A stretch of 64,000 nt of DNA from Candidatus Limnocylindria bacterium (GCA_035489815.1 DATHJH010000004.1:2131-66130), one strand, 5' to 3'. Shown: positions 49,113 through 58,682, counted from the first letter of the stretch. Numbers and translations: made by a program. The notes: a model not told the origin generated them from the sequence alone.

Positions 49113-49132
49113 TTTCGGATTTGGAGGGGTAT

Positions 49133-50578
49133 ATGACTTCAGACGAAGTGCGAAAGCAATACACCCCGACCATTGGGATTGAATGTCATGTGCAGTTGAG
49201 TACCAAAACCAAACTTTTTTCCGCCGTGGGCAACGATGCCCGCGAAGCACCGGCAAACACACTCATCAGTCATATTGATCTGGGCATGCCCGGAGCTTTG
49301 CCCGTGCTAAACGAGGCAGCCGTGCAGCTTGGCATCAAGGCCGCCTTTGCGCTGGGCACACCGCCGCAAAAATTCAGCAAATTTGACCGTAAGCATTATT
49401 TCTATCCGGACCTCCCAAACGGGTACCAGATTACCCAGTTTTATGACCCAATCATCAGGGACGGAAAAGTTACTTTTGCATATGAGGGCACAGAAAAGAC
49501 CGTCCGCATCCACGAAGCACATCTGGAAGCCGACGCCGGTAAAAGCACCCACCCAACAGGCAAAGATTATTCACTCGTAGACCTCAACCGCGCCGGAACA
49601 CCACTGCTGGAAATCGTATCAGAACCAGACATCCATTCGCCCGCCGAGGCCAAAGCCTATGCCCGCGAACTTCAACTATTGGTCCGCTACGCCGGCGTGT
49701 CTGATGCCAGCCTGTACTACGGCAACATGCGGTTTGATGTAAATGTCAGCGTCAGCAAAACCGACAAACTCGGCACACGCAGCGAAACCAAAAATCTGAA
49801 CAGTTTCCGCAGCGTCGAAAAGGCGGCCCAGTACGAAATCAACCGCCAGATAGAACGACTGGAAAAAGGTGAAAAAATCATCCAGGAAACCCGCGGCTGG
49901 GACGACGCCAAGCAAAAAACCTTTAGCCAGCGCAGCAAAGAAGAAGCCCACGACTACCGCTACATGCCAGACCCCGACCTCCCGCCTATCGAACTGGCGG
50001 ACGACCTGATAGCCGCAGTCGAAAAGACCATGCCGCTCATGCCAAACGACTACCGTGCACTGTTTAAAGACCTCGGCCTGGACGCTGCGGCAATTGAAAC
50101 ACTGATAGACTCTCCTCAAAACGCTGCTTTTGTAAAAGCCGTCTATGACCAGCACGGCGCAGACCATGCCAAGCGTATTGCCAACTGGTTCGTGAACATC
50201 ATCACCGCTTCAGAAGAGGACACCGGACAGGCAGCGAACAAAGCCGATGCCGGAGCAGCTGTCAAACTGTCCCAAATGGTAACGGACAGAAAGCTCAGCT
50301 CCACGGCGGCCAAAGAAATCTGGATAGAACTGTATAACAAAGGCGGCGACCCGGAAAAGATCGCCGCAGACAAAAACCTCCTGCAGGTTTCCAATGAAGG
50401 TGAAATTGCCAAAATTGTCGAACAAATCCTAGCAGACAATCCCCAAGCAGCCACCGATGTCAAAAATGGGGAAATGAAAGCCATCGGCTTCCTGGTAGGC
50501 CAGGTCATGAAAGCAAGCCGTGGCAAAGCTAACCCCAGCATGGCACAGGACCTTATTAAAAAACAACTTGGCATATAA
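49133..50578 (+). CDS. gatB: Asp/Glu-tRNA(Asn/Gln) amidotransferase subunit B
   Basis: IGIECHVQL, FDRKHYFYPDLP.GYQITQ, and C-terminal GatB/YqeY helices. ATG 49133 follows ggagggg. Confidence 0.9.
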   Translation: MTSDEVRKQYTPTIGIECHVQLSTKTKLFSAVGNDAREAPANTLISHIDLGMPGALPVLNEAAVQLGIKAAFALGTPPQKFSKFDRKHYFYPDLPNGYQITQFYDPIIRDGKVTFAYEGTEKTVRIHEAHLEADAGKSTHPTGKDYSLVDLNRAGTPLLEIVSEPDIHSPAEAKAYARELQLLVRYAGVSDASLYYGNMRFDVNVSVSKTDKLGTRSETKNLNSFRSVEKAAQYEINRQIERLEKGEKIIQETRGWDDAKQKTFSQRSKEEAHDYRYMPDPDLPPIELADDLIAAVEKTMPLMPNDYRALFKDLGLDAAAIETLIDSPQNAAFVKAVYDQHGADHAKRIANWFVNIITASEEDTGQAANKADAGAAVKLSQMVTDRKLSSTAAKEIWIELYNKGGDPEKIAADKNLLQVSNEGEIAKIVEQILADNPQAATDVKNGEMKAIGFLVGQVMKASRGKANPSMAQDLIKKQLGI

Positions 50579-50616
50579 CTGGCGTAAGTACCAGCAGTAG
50601 GGTATGCTTTTAGATT

Positions 50617-51066
50617 ATGAGTCCAGGAGAAGGCGAGCAACCGCTCGGGAACGAGGCACTAAGCAACCTTCGTGTTACCTTACAGGCCCAAAGGGCTCTT
50701 GCTCTTGATGCGCTTATAACAGTAAATCAGCAGCTCAATCTCGTAAACGGGGCACTCGGAATTCCGGGCCGGACTGAGCCTGATGATAGAGGCAGAACAG
50801 AAAGAAAACTCGTGCTAGGAGCAGCCATTAATGGAGTCTATCTTGGCGCGGGATTGCGTCAAGTAGATGTAGCGAAGGGCCTTGACGTGAGTCAATCTAC
50901 AGTCAGTGATTGGAAAAGAGGCGCCTTCACACCAAATGCCTTGCAGATAATTGAATTCGACCTGCTTGCCCGCAAGCCAGCAGGATTTACCTTGTTTGCT
51001 GCAGGATTGCTCCCCACTCAACTCGCCCCTTTTTATGAAGGCACTTCTGCAGAGCTAGAACCCTAA
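50617..51066 (+). CDS. XRE-family helix-turn-helix protein
   Basis: LRQVDVAKGLDVSQSTVSDWKRG is a typical HTH_3 motif. The stop codon lies inside family D copy 3. Confidence 0.6.
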   Translation: MSPGEGEQPLGNEALSNLRVTLQAQRALALDALITVNQQLNLVNGALGIPGRTEPDDRGRTERKLVLGAAINGVYLGAGLRQVDVAKGLDVSQSTVSDWKRGAFTPNALQIIEFDLLARKPAGFTLFAAGLLPTQLAPFYEGTSAELEP

Positions 51067-51165
51067 GAACCCATTCCAAAATCTTCTCCTTGCCGAGAGT
51101 ACTTTTCAGATGTGAGCCAGCTGTTTTTTGTTTTGGAAGAAAAGAAAAAAGGTCGGACCTTTAAC
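51063..51165. repeat. Family D element, copy 3 (partial, inverted relative to copy 1)
   Basis: The sequence ctaagaacccattccaaaatcttctccttgccgagag...gtgagcc.gct.ttttttg.tttgg aligns with the reverse complement of 28771-28845. Confidence 0.6.
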
Positions 51166-51278
51166 AGGGGTGTTTGTTTGCACGTTTTGTCAGGGCATGA
51201 CAAATGAGGAGTAAACTGGTCGTTGTCAGCCAGTCATTTCATAGGGCAGGTCTGCTTGGGGCTGGTACAATGAGCTTT

Positions 51279-52175
51279 ATGAGTAAAAAGCCAGTTAGAA
51301 AAGCTGTCATAGGAGCTGCCGGTTTCGGCACACGGTTCCTGCCGCAAACCAAGGCTATGCCCAAGGAAATGCTACCCCTTGTAGACAAGCCGATTATTCA
51401 GTACATCGTAGAGGAACTGGTACGGGCAGGCATCGAAGATATCGTCATCGTCACTGGCTACCATAAGCGAACTATCGAAGATCATTTTGACTACATTAGT
51501 GGTGACCTCCGCACCAATCTGGAACAAGGCAAAAAGCAAGAACTGTTAGAGCAAACACAAAAGATTTCAAGTCTGGCTAATTTCGTATATGTACGCCAGA
51601 AAGGCGTGTATGGCACTGCGACACCCGTCCAAAACGTTGCGCATCTCATCGGTGACGAACCGTTTATTTATGTTTTTGCCGATGACGTGATCATCGCAGA
51701 ACCAAACTGCTACAAGCAGATGATGGACACCCACTACGAAACTGGTGGGAGCGTCATACCCTGTATTCGCTTGACTGAGGATATAGAGTTTACCCGTTAC
51801 GGAGTTGTCGGCGGCAAGCACGTGAGTCCAGATGTCATACGTATGGATCGGATTATCGAAAAGCCAGGAAAAGCGAATGCTCCTTCAGACTTTGGAGCCG
51901 TCGGGGGCTATCTCTTAACACCGGATGTTTTTGATTACATTGATGCCGGCCTCAACTCACTCAAACCAGGCGAAGAATTTTATTTAACCGACAGTGTTAT
52001 TCAGCCGATGCTTGCTGCTGGTCAAAAATTCTACGGCACGCTTATCAAAAACAGCAGACGCTACGACACCGGCAACAAACTCGACTATTTAAAAACCATG
52101 GTCGATTTTGCCCTGCGTAACGAAGATGTCAAAGATGACTTTAAGAAATATCTCAAGTCGCTCAAGTTTGATTAG
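51279..52175 (+). CDS. galU: UTP--glucose-1-phosphate uridylyltransferase
   Basis: KAVIGAAGFGTRFLPQTKAMPKEMLPLVDKPIIQYIVEE is the GalU signature. ATG 51279 lies 7 nt after TACAAT 51266-51271; the ORF track begins at 51204. Confidence 0.85.
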   Translation: MSKKPVRKAVIGAAGFGTRFLPQTKAMPKEMLPLVDKPIIQYIVEELVRAGIEDIVIVTGYHKRTIEDHFDYISGDLRTNLEQGKKQELLEQTQKISSLANFVYVRQKGVYGTATPVQNVAHLIGDEPFIYVFADDVIIAEPNCYKQMMDTHYETGGSVIPCIRLTEDIEFTRYGVVGGKHVSPDVIRMDRIIEKPGKANAPSDFGAVGGYLLTPDVFDYIDAGLNSLKPGEEFYLTDSVIQPMLAAGQKFYGTLIKNSRRYDTGNKLDYLKTMVDFALRNEDVKDDFKKYLKSLKFD

Positions 52176-52342
52176 CTGACCCACGTGCACTTTAAAATTC
52201 ACCTCTGTTTCCTGTCATGCCGCACTAGATGCGGCATCCAGTCCATTTAAGGAGTTAATTGTTTCCCCGCTGGATTTTTGAAATCAATACCCAGTCAGGG
52301 CTCAAGCACATGGTTCAGAATGACAAGGTGGATGTGGGTCAG
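52176..52342. mobile_element. Family E MITE-like element, copy 2
   Basis: It begins directly after the galU stop. Terminal IR ctgacccacgt / atgtgggtcag. Collinear with 40213-40375. Confidence 0.7.
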
Positions 52343-52386
52343 TTTGATTAGAACCCGCTTGGGGCTTGCTGTATACTAAAGACTAC

Positions 52387-52662
52387 ATGGAAAACGCTCA
52401 AGAAGTTTTGGTTGTATTTCTGTCCACGGCACTGGCCATCTTTCTACTATTGTCCATTATGCTGCTTATTATTTGTATAAAGATCGCCAACCATATAAAA
52501 CGTATTTCCGAAAAGGCAGAGGCCATCACTGACCGTGCCGAAGACATTGCAGACTTTTTCAGTAAAGCCGGTACGCCTATGGCCCTTGGCAAAGTCATTG
52601 GATCTGTTATGGACGCAGTAAGAGGCCGGGGCAGGCAGAAAAGAGGAGGCAAAGATGACTAA
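52387..52662 (+). CDS. Small membrane protein (DUF948-like)
   Basis: An N-terminal TM helix followed by a helical region (KRISEKAEAITDRAEDIADFF). Confidence 0.45.
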   Translation: MENAQEVLVVFLSTALAIFLLLSIMLLIICIKIANHIKRISEKAEAITDRAEDIADFFSKAGTPMALGKVIGSVMDAVRGRGRQKRGGKDD

Positions 52663-53098
52663 CGCCAAAAACAACAAGGGACGCAACCTGGCACTGGGCG
52701 CAGTAATTATTGGCCTCGTCGGCTATGTAGCCGGGATCCTGACCGCGCCAAAGAGCGGCAAAGAAACCAGAAAAGACATTCAGCAAAAGGCCGCCCGGGC
52801 CAAAACAGAAGCAGAAAAAAAGCTGAAGGCTTTGCACAGCGAGCTCAATGAACTCATGGCCGCAGCCCGAAAAAACGCTCAGAACGTTAAAAGCTCTGTC
52901 GCTGGCGACCTCACCGAGGCCCTGGCCGTAGCCCAGACTGCCCGCAAGAAAGCCCGTGAGATGCTGAGCGCAGTCCACGAAGGCGACGCCGACGACAAAG
53001 ACCTCCAAAAGGCAATCACAGAGGTTAAAAGTGCTATCGACCACCTAAAAAAGTTCGTTACTAAAGACATTTCCAAAGATGTCCCGGCCAAAAAGTAG
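52655..53098 (+). CDS. YtxH-domain protein
   Basis: LGAVIIGLVGYVAGILTAPKSGKETRKDIQQKA is the YtxH motif, followed by a coiled coil. Confidence 0.7.
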   Translation: MTNAKNNKGRNLALGAVIIGLVGYVAGILTAPKSGKETRKDIQQKAARAKTEAEKKLKALHSELNELMAAARKNAQNVKSSVAGDLTEALAVAQTARKKAREMLSAVHEGDADDKDLQKAITEVKSAIDHLKKFVTKDISKDVPAKK

Positions 53099-53381
53099 CG
53101 ACTCTGCCAGCAGAGGCGACAGACCAAACACCCTTTCCAAGGCCGACTACGAAGAGCTTGGCCGCCGGCTGGAAAACATTTATTTAGTCGGCTACATCAG
53201 CAAAAAAGAGATGCTCAAGATGAGCTTCCTTAAAGGCATCGTGGCCGGTTTTGGCGGTGTAGTAGGGGCCACCATTGTAGTTGGCCTGGTCGTCTGGATA
53301 CTGTCACTTTTTCACACCATCCCATTTATTGGGCCACTCGTAGACAACGCCGAAAACACCGTCAAAACCCAAAAGAAATAA
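53079..53381 (+). CDS. Small membrane protein (DUF5665-like)
   Basis: SFLKGIVAGFGGVVGATIVVGLVVWILS..IPFIG pattern. Confidence 0.45.
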   Translation: MSRPKSSDSASRGDRPNTLSKADYEELGRRLENIYLVGYISKKEMLKMSFLKGIVAGFGGVVGATIVVGLVVWILSLFHTIPFIGPLVDNAENTVKTQKK

Positions 53382-53385
53382 CACA

Positions 53386-53811
53386 ATGGTCATGGAAAAT
53401 ATCCTTAAACTCGCTATCTTTGGCGCAGCGGCACTTGGCATAGAGGTCATCTTTACCGCCCTCGCCCACCTTAAAAACCCAAAGAAAAGAAACCGCCAAA
53501 AACTCTTTGGCTATAGTTCCTTGTGGTACCTTCCCATTTACGGCCTAGGCGTACCTGCAGTTTTGTACCTACTACGATCTCCGCTCGAGGGCCAGCACTG
53601 GATCCTTCGAGGGCTTGTGTACGGGCTCTTCTTGCAGGTCGGTGAATTTATTTCTATGGGGCTGCTGCATGTAGCAAACGGTGAGTCGCCATCAGAAGAG
53701 GAATACAAAGCTTCCGGCCGAAGCCTTTTTGGATTTGTAAGGCCCGACTTTTTTCCAGCGTTTGCAGTCATGGGGCTTATTTTTGAATATCTGTACCGGA
53801 CACTGTTCTGA
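53386..53811 (+). CDS. Polytopic membrane protein, unknown function
   Basis: Four predicted hydrophobic helices. Confidence 0.5.
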   Translation: MVMENILKLAIFGAAALGIEVIFTALAHLKNPKKRNRQKLFGYSSLWYLPIYGLGVPAVLYLLRSPLEGQHWILRGLVYGLFLQVGEFISMGLLHVANGESPSEEEYKASGRSLFGFVRPDFFPAFAVMGLIFEYLYRTLF

Positions 53812-53884
53812 CACCTACAGAACTTCTGCTTCAGGAATATATTCCAGGCAAGGCACTTAATTTTGCTCAAGTTACAACTCATAT

Positions 53885-53947
53885 CTTATAGAAGTCTTCG
53901 ACCTATAGAAGCGACCTATAGAAGACTGTCTTCTATAGGTGTTATTT
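53885..53947. promoter_or_regulatory. Array of CTATAGAAG motifs (3 direct, 1 inverted) including a 25-bp perfect palindrome, about 120 nt upstream of dnaE
   Basis: Motifs lie at 53885-53894, 53903-53911 and 53916-53924, with the inverted copy at 53930-53938. The palindrome cctatagaagac-t-gtcttctatagg spans 53915-53939. Confidence 0.55.
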
Positions 53948-54067
53948 AGTGTCTTGTCTTTATTGTGGCTTATGGAGTCTGAAGGGTCTAACTTGTTCGT
54001 TGTAATTAAAAGCGTCGCGGTTACCCTGGGAACTTGTTAGAATAAGAACATAAGAGGGCGACAACTT

Positions 54068-57000
54068 ATGGCGGCAGGCAAGGCCTTGCGGGCACGTGAC
54101 TATGTGCACCTGCATAACCACACTCAGTACAGTTTATTGGACGGTCTGACACAAATCGGACCATTGATGGATTTTGCCAAGGACCAGGGTATGGAAGCCG
54201 TTGCCATGACCGACCACGGCACACTTTCTGGTGCAATTGAATTCTATAAAGAAGCCAAAGCCAGGGACATTAAACCCATTATCGGCATAGAAACCTATGT
54301 TGCCGCCAGGAGACACACCGACAAGGATCCCCAGAAGGACAAAAATCGCTTTCACCTGATCCTGCTGGCAATGAACCACCAGGGCTATCAGAACCTGATG
54401 AAGCTCAGTACCATTGCCAACCTGGACGGCTTTTACTACTACCCCCGCGTCGACCATGAGTTACTGGAAAAGTATAACGAAGGCATCATTGTACTCAGCG
54501 CCTGCATGGGCGGCGAGGTCGGCAACGCACTCAAACAGGATCAGTATGAAAAGGGCAGGGAAATTGCCCAGTGGTACAAATCCGTATTTGGCGACCGTTA
54601 CTACCTGGAACTCCAGGACCACGGCCACCCGGAAAACCCGCTGCATAGTCCGGAGCAGCTCGTCGTGAACGAGCAAGTGCTCAAGCTGGGCAAAGAGCTG
54701 GACATTCCCATGGTCGTGACCTGTGACGCCCACTATCTGAGGCACGAAGATCAGGATGCGCATGAAATTCTGCTGTGCGTTGGCACCGGATCATTCCTGA
54801 GTGACGAAAAGCGTATGTCATTAAAGGACTATCCCCTGCATGTGGAAGCACCAGAGGAGATCATCAAACGCTGGGGCAAGGACTACCCGGAAGTCATCAC
54901 TAATACCAAAGCTATCGCCGACCGCTGCAATCTGGAACTGGAACTGGGTAAGATCCTCATCCCCAAGTTCCCGGTACCAGAAGGGGAGACCGAAAAAACA
55001 TACCTGGACAAACTTACCTACCGCGGCCTGGCCTGGCGTTACGGCGGCAAGGCCGAGCAAGAGGCGGCCACACTATCCATAGCCGAGGCCAAAAAGACTT
55101 TGCCTAAGGAAATTGCCGAACGCACCACCTACGAGCTAAAGGTCATCGACAGTATGGGCTTTAACGGCTACTTCCTGATCATTCAGGATTTTATTAACTG
55201 GGGGAAGGACAACGGCATTGTCTTTGGACCGGGCCGCGGGTCAGCCGCCGGGTCTATTATTTCCTACGCCCTGAAGGTCACGGAATTGGACCCCCTGACT
55301 TACGACCTGCTGTTTGAACGGTTCCTGAACCCCGACCGCATCAGCATGCCGGACGTTGACATTGACATCCAGGACACCCGCCGCAACGAAGTCATCCAGT
55401 ACTGCGTGGAAAAATACGGCACCGAACGGGTAGCAAATATCGTCACCTTTGGCCGGATGTTTGCGCGCAACGCCGTGCGCGACGTCGCCCGCGTGCTGCA
55501 GGTACCGTATGCCGACGCCGACCGCCTGGCCAAGATGATTCCGCAGCCTGTTCAGGGCCGCCATATTCCGCTTGCCAAATCACTCCAGGCCGACCCGGAC
55601 CTGAGGCGTGAGTACGAAACCAACGAGACTTCCAAACAAGTCCTGGACCAGGCGGTGCGCCTGGAAGGCACGGTCCGCAGCCACGGCGTACATGCAGCCG
55701 GCGTGGTGATTGCCCCGGATGACATCGTCAAGTTTGTGCCGCTTGAAATGGCCCAAAAAGGCGTGGTGGCCACCCAGTACCCGATGGGCCCGGTGGAAGA
55801 GCTGGGTCTACTAAAGATGGACTTTTTGGGCCTATCAAACCTGACCATCATTAAAAACGCCCTGCGTATTATCAAAAGAGTCTACGGCAAAGATATAGAC
55901 ATCAACACCCTGCCGCTGGACGATGAAAAGACCTACCAGCTGTTCCAGAAAGGCGACACCACCGGCGTCTTCCAGCTGGAATCTGCCGGCATGAAGCGCT
56001 ACCTCAAGGACCTCAAACCCACGGTCTTTGAAGACATCGTAGCCATGGTGGCCCTCTACCGCCCTGGACCTATGCAGTTCATAGACAGCTTTATCAAGCG
56101 CAAACACGGCCAGGAAACAATCACCTACCTCCACCCCGGCCTGGAAAATTCCCTCAAAAGCACCTACGGTATCCTGGTCTACCAGGAACAATTCATGCAG
56201 ATTTCCAAGGAATGGTGCGGTTTTACCGGCGGCCAGGCCGACACCCTGCGCAAAGCCGTGGGCAAGAAAAAGATCGACCTCATGCGCAAGGTAAAAGTAG
56301 AGTTTGTTGACGGCGCAGTCAAACACGGCGGCGCAACCGAGGCCATGGCCGAAAAGTTCTGGAACCAGCTGGAAGAGTTTGCCAACTACTGTTTCAACAA
56401 ATCCCATGCCGCCTGCTACGGCCTGATTGCCTACCAGACCGCCTACCTGAAAGCTCATTACCCCTCAGCCTTCATGGCTGCGCTCATGTCCAGCGACTAT
56501 GACGACATCGACCGTCTGGCTATTGAGATTACCGAGTGCAAGCACATGGGGATCGAGGTTCTGCCGCCGGACGTCAACGAATCCTACGTTGAATTCGCAG
56601 TAGTGCCCAAAACCGGCCAGATCCGTTTCGGGATGTCAGCCATCAAAAACGTCGGCACCGGTGCGGTGGAAGAAATCCTGCGCGTGCGCGACGCCGAAGG
56701 ACCGTTTAAGACACTGGAAGAATTCTTTGAAAAAGTCAATACGCGTACCGTCAATCGCAAAGCCCTGGAAAGCCTTATCAAATCCGGCGCCTTTGATCGT
56801 TACGGCGAACGCAGCTTTTTGCTGCACAACCTGGACGTACTGCTGGCCTACTCGTCCCGCCTGCAAAAGGAACAGGCCAGCGGCCAGACTGACCTCTTTG
56901 GCAACCTCATCGGTGACGACACCGTTACTATTAAGGTCCAGCTAACCCTGGATAAGCCCGCCACACTGTTTACCAATCATGAACAGTTAATCTGGGAAAG

Positions 57001-57703
57001 GGAACTCCTGGGCCTGTACCTCAGCCAGCACCCCCTGCAAACCTTTGAGGTATTTCTAAGCGAACACACGGTACCCCTGAACACGCTGAAGCAGGATCAT
57101 GACGGACGGGCAGTCACTATTGGCGGGGCCATCCAGGAATTCCGTGAAATCACCACAAAAAATGGCCAGAAAATGGCATTCGTGAAGGTCGAGGACCAAT
57201 TTGGTGACACCGAACTCATCCTGTTCCCCAGCATGTACCAGCAAACCCTGGGCATCTGGGAACGCGACCGGGTGGTGCTGATCAAGGGCAAGGTCAACGC
57301 CCGTGACCGTGACGGCAACACCACGACCGAGATTAAAATCATGGTAGATGATGCGCGGGAGGTCACGCCGGAACAAGCCTCCGCCTACCAGGCCACCGGT
57401 AAAAAGCCCAAGACCCCCGCTAACGGCAAAAAGGTGGCTGCCGCTACAGTCACGGCGCCTAAACCCGCCAGTACTACGCCGCCCCGGGTCTACATCCGCA
57501 TAGAACAGGGTGACGATCACCAGACGCTGACATCTCTGCGTGCAATTGTAGACGCCAACAAGGGTGAAACGGAAGTCGTTTTAGTAGTCGGCCCAACAGC
57601 CTCCAAGCAGATCATCCGCTTGCCCATGAAAATCAAGTCCGACACAGAATGCTTAAACCTCTTCAGTGAACTAGTAGGCAAAGAAAACGTTCGAGTTCAT
57701 TAA
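54068..57703 (+). CDS. dnaE: DNA polymerase III alpha subunit
   Basis: PHP domain (HLHNHTQYSLLDG), palm and fingers (GPGRGSAAGS, PDVDIDI), a beta-binding region and an OB fold; 1211 aa. Confidence 0.95.
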   Translation: MAAGKALRARDYVHLHNHTQYSLLDGLTQIGPLMDFAKDQGMEAVAMTDHGTLSGAIEFYKEAKARDIKPIIGIETYVAARRHTDKDPQKDKNRFHLILLAMNHQGYQNLMKLSTIANLDGFYYYPRVDHELLEKYNEGIIVLSACMGGEVGNALKQDQYEKGREIAQWYKSVFGDRYYLELQDHGHPENPLHSPEQLVVNEQVLKLGKELDIPMVVTCDAHYLRHEDQDAHEILLCVGTGSFLSDEKRMSLKDYPLHVEAPEEIIKRWGKDYPEVITNTKAIADRCNLELELGKILIPKFPVPEGETEKTYLDKLTYRGLAWRYGGKAEQEAATLSIAEAKKTLPKEIAERTTYELKVIDSMGFNGYFLIIQDFINWGKDNGIVFGPGRGSAAGSIISYALKVTELDPLTYDLLFERFLNPDRISMPDVDIDIQDTRRNEVIQYCVEKYGTERVANIVTFGRMFARNAVRDVARVLQVPYADADRLAKMIPQPVQGRHIPLAKSLQADPDLRREYETNETSKQVLDQAVRLEGTVRSHGVHAAGVVIAPDDIVKFVPLEMAQKGVVATQYPMGPVEELGLLKMDFLGLSNLTIIKNALRIIKRVYGKDIDINTLPLDDEKTYQLFQKGDTTGVFQLESAGMKRYLKDLKPTVFEDIVAMVALYRPGPMQFIDSFIKRKHGQETITYLHPGLENSLKSTYGILVYQEQFMQISKEWCGFTGGQADTLRKAVGKKKIDLMRKVKVEFVDGAVKHGGATEAMAEKFWNQLEEFANYCFNKSHAACYGLIAYQTAYLKAHYPSAFMAALMSSDYDDIDRLAIEITECKHMGIEVLPPDVNESYVEFAVVPKTGQIRFGMSAIKNVGTGAVEEILRVRDAEGPFKTLEEFFEKVNTRTVNRKALESLIKSGAFDRYGERSFLLHNLDVLLAYSSRLQKEQASGQTDLFGNLIGDDTVTIKVQLTLDKPATLFTNHEQLIWERELLGLYLSQHPLQTFEVFLSEHTVPLNTLKQDHDGRAVTIGGAIQEFREITTKNGQKMAFVKVEDQFGDTELILFPSMYQQTLGIWERDRVVLIKGKVNARDRDGNTTTEIKIMVDDAREVTPEQASAYQATGKKPKTPANGKKVAAATVTAPKPASTTPPRVYIRIEQGDDHQTLTSLRAIVDANKGETEVVLVVGPTASKQIIRLPMKIKSDTECLNLFSELVGKENVRVH

Positions 57704-57800
57704 TCCAGCCAATTTCCAGAAAGCGCACAAAAAGTATCTCATACAGCTTTTGATAACTGCATAATACATTATAGCGGGAACAGTAGAGAGAGTTATATAC

Positions 57801-57973
57801 TAACCTGAGTTCGACATAAGCACCTCCGTTAAGGAACAATAACTGTCAATTTAAGTGCCCTGGGTCTGGTTTAACCGAAAAATCATCTGTTTTGTAGCTG
57901 TTTGGCCAAGAAGTCGCAAACAACAGATTATAAAATGTGAACAAAAGACGATCCTTATGTCGAACTCAGGTTA
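57801..57973. mobile_element. 173-bp AT-rich element bounded by perfect 20-bp inverted repeats (taacctgagttcgacataag / cttatgtcgaactcaggtta)
   Basis: IR-L at 57801-57820 and IR-R at 57954-57973, verified base by base. No ORF lies inside. Confidence 0.7.
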
Positions 57974-58004
57974 CACTACACTTCGTCATAAGAGTAGCTA
58001 ACAT

Positions 58005-58657
58005 ATGAGCAACGAAAGAAACCTTGAAGAAGCAAGTGCCGTCATTTTAGCTTCCGGTAATGGAAGTAGGCTTGGCGAGATAGCTCAAACTACACCCAAA
58101 CCTTTGCTGCACGACACCTTGGCTCGGCTTGAGTATCAGCCTAAGACAGTACTTCCACACTTTCATGACACTGCGTTCTACATGAGAAGATTAGCGCACC
58201 TTGTGTCTAACCTCCCATCACCCAAGGCAGAACGGCTTGCAAACAGCACGCTGCGAGCCTATCGGGAATTGCCTGAACTGGACACCACAAGAACTCAGCT
58301 AATCCATGGCGATCCCAGAACTAATAATATTTTATTTAAACGGGGGACGCCGTATGCGTACATTGATTTCGATACGCTTATGTATGGCACAATTTGGTCA
58401 GACATTGGAGACTTACTACGTGCATTATCAGGGGATAATACGCAAACAGTGGCAGCCTTCTCTTACGAACAGCATTCCTAGAAAACTCACTAACTGCTAT
58501 GCGGGCAGTGGCCCTAGAGCTCGCAGCGCGATTTATGATAGACGTCGTAGAGGGCACTTACTTTGGCTGGGATAACACGCGATATAAGAGCAGACGAGAA
58601 AATAACCTAGTCCGTGCAGAAGCCCAGTGGAAAGTGTATTCCGACTCAATGAATTAG
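58005..58657 (+). pseudogene. Degraded chimeric gene: NTP-transferase N-terminal stub fused to the C-lobe of an APH/choline-kinase-fold kinase, also frameshifted
   Basis: AVILASGNGSRLGEIAQTTPKPLL is a nucleotidyltransferase G-loop. About 60 aa later come the kinase catalytic loop LIHGDPRTNNILF and the IDFD motif, with no N-lobe. The C-terminal helices (ENSLTAMRAVALELAARFMIDVVEGTYFGWDN...) continue in another frame from about 58439-58481 to the stop at 58655-58657. Confidence 0.6.
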
Positions 58658-58682
58658 CGAATTCTTTGGTATCATAAACACT

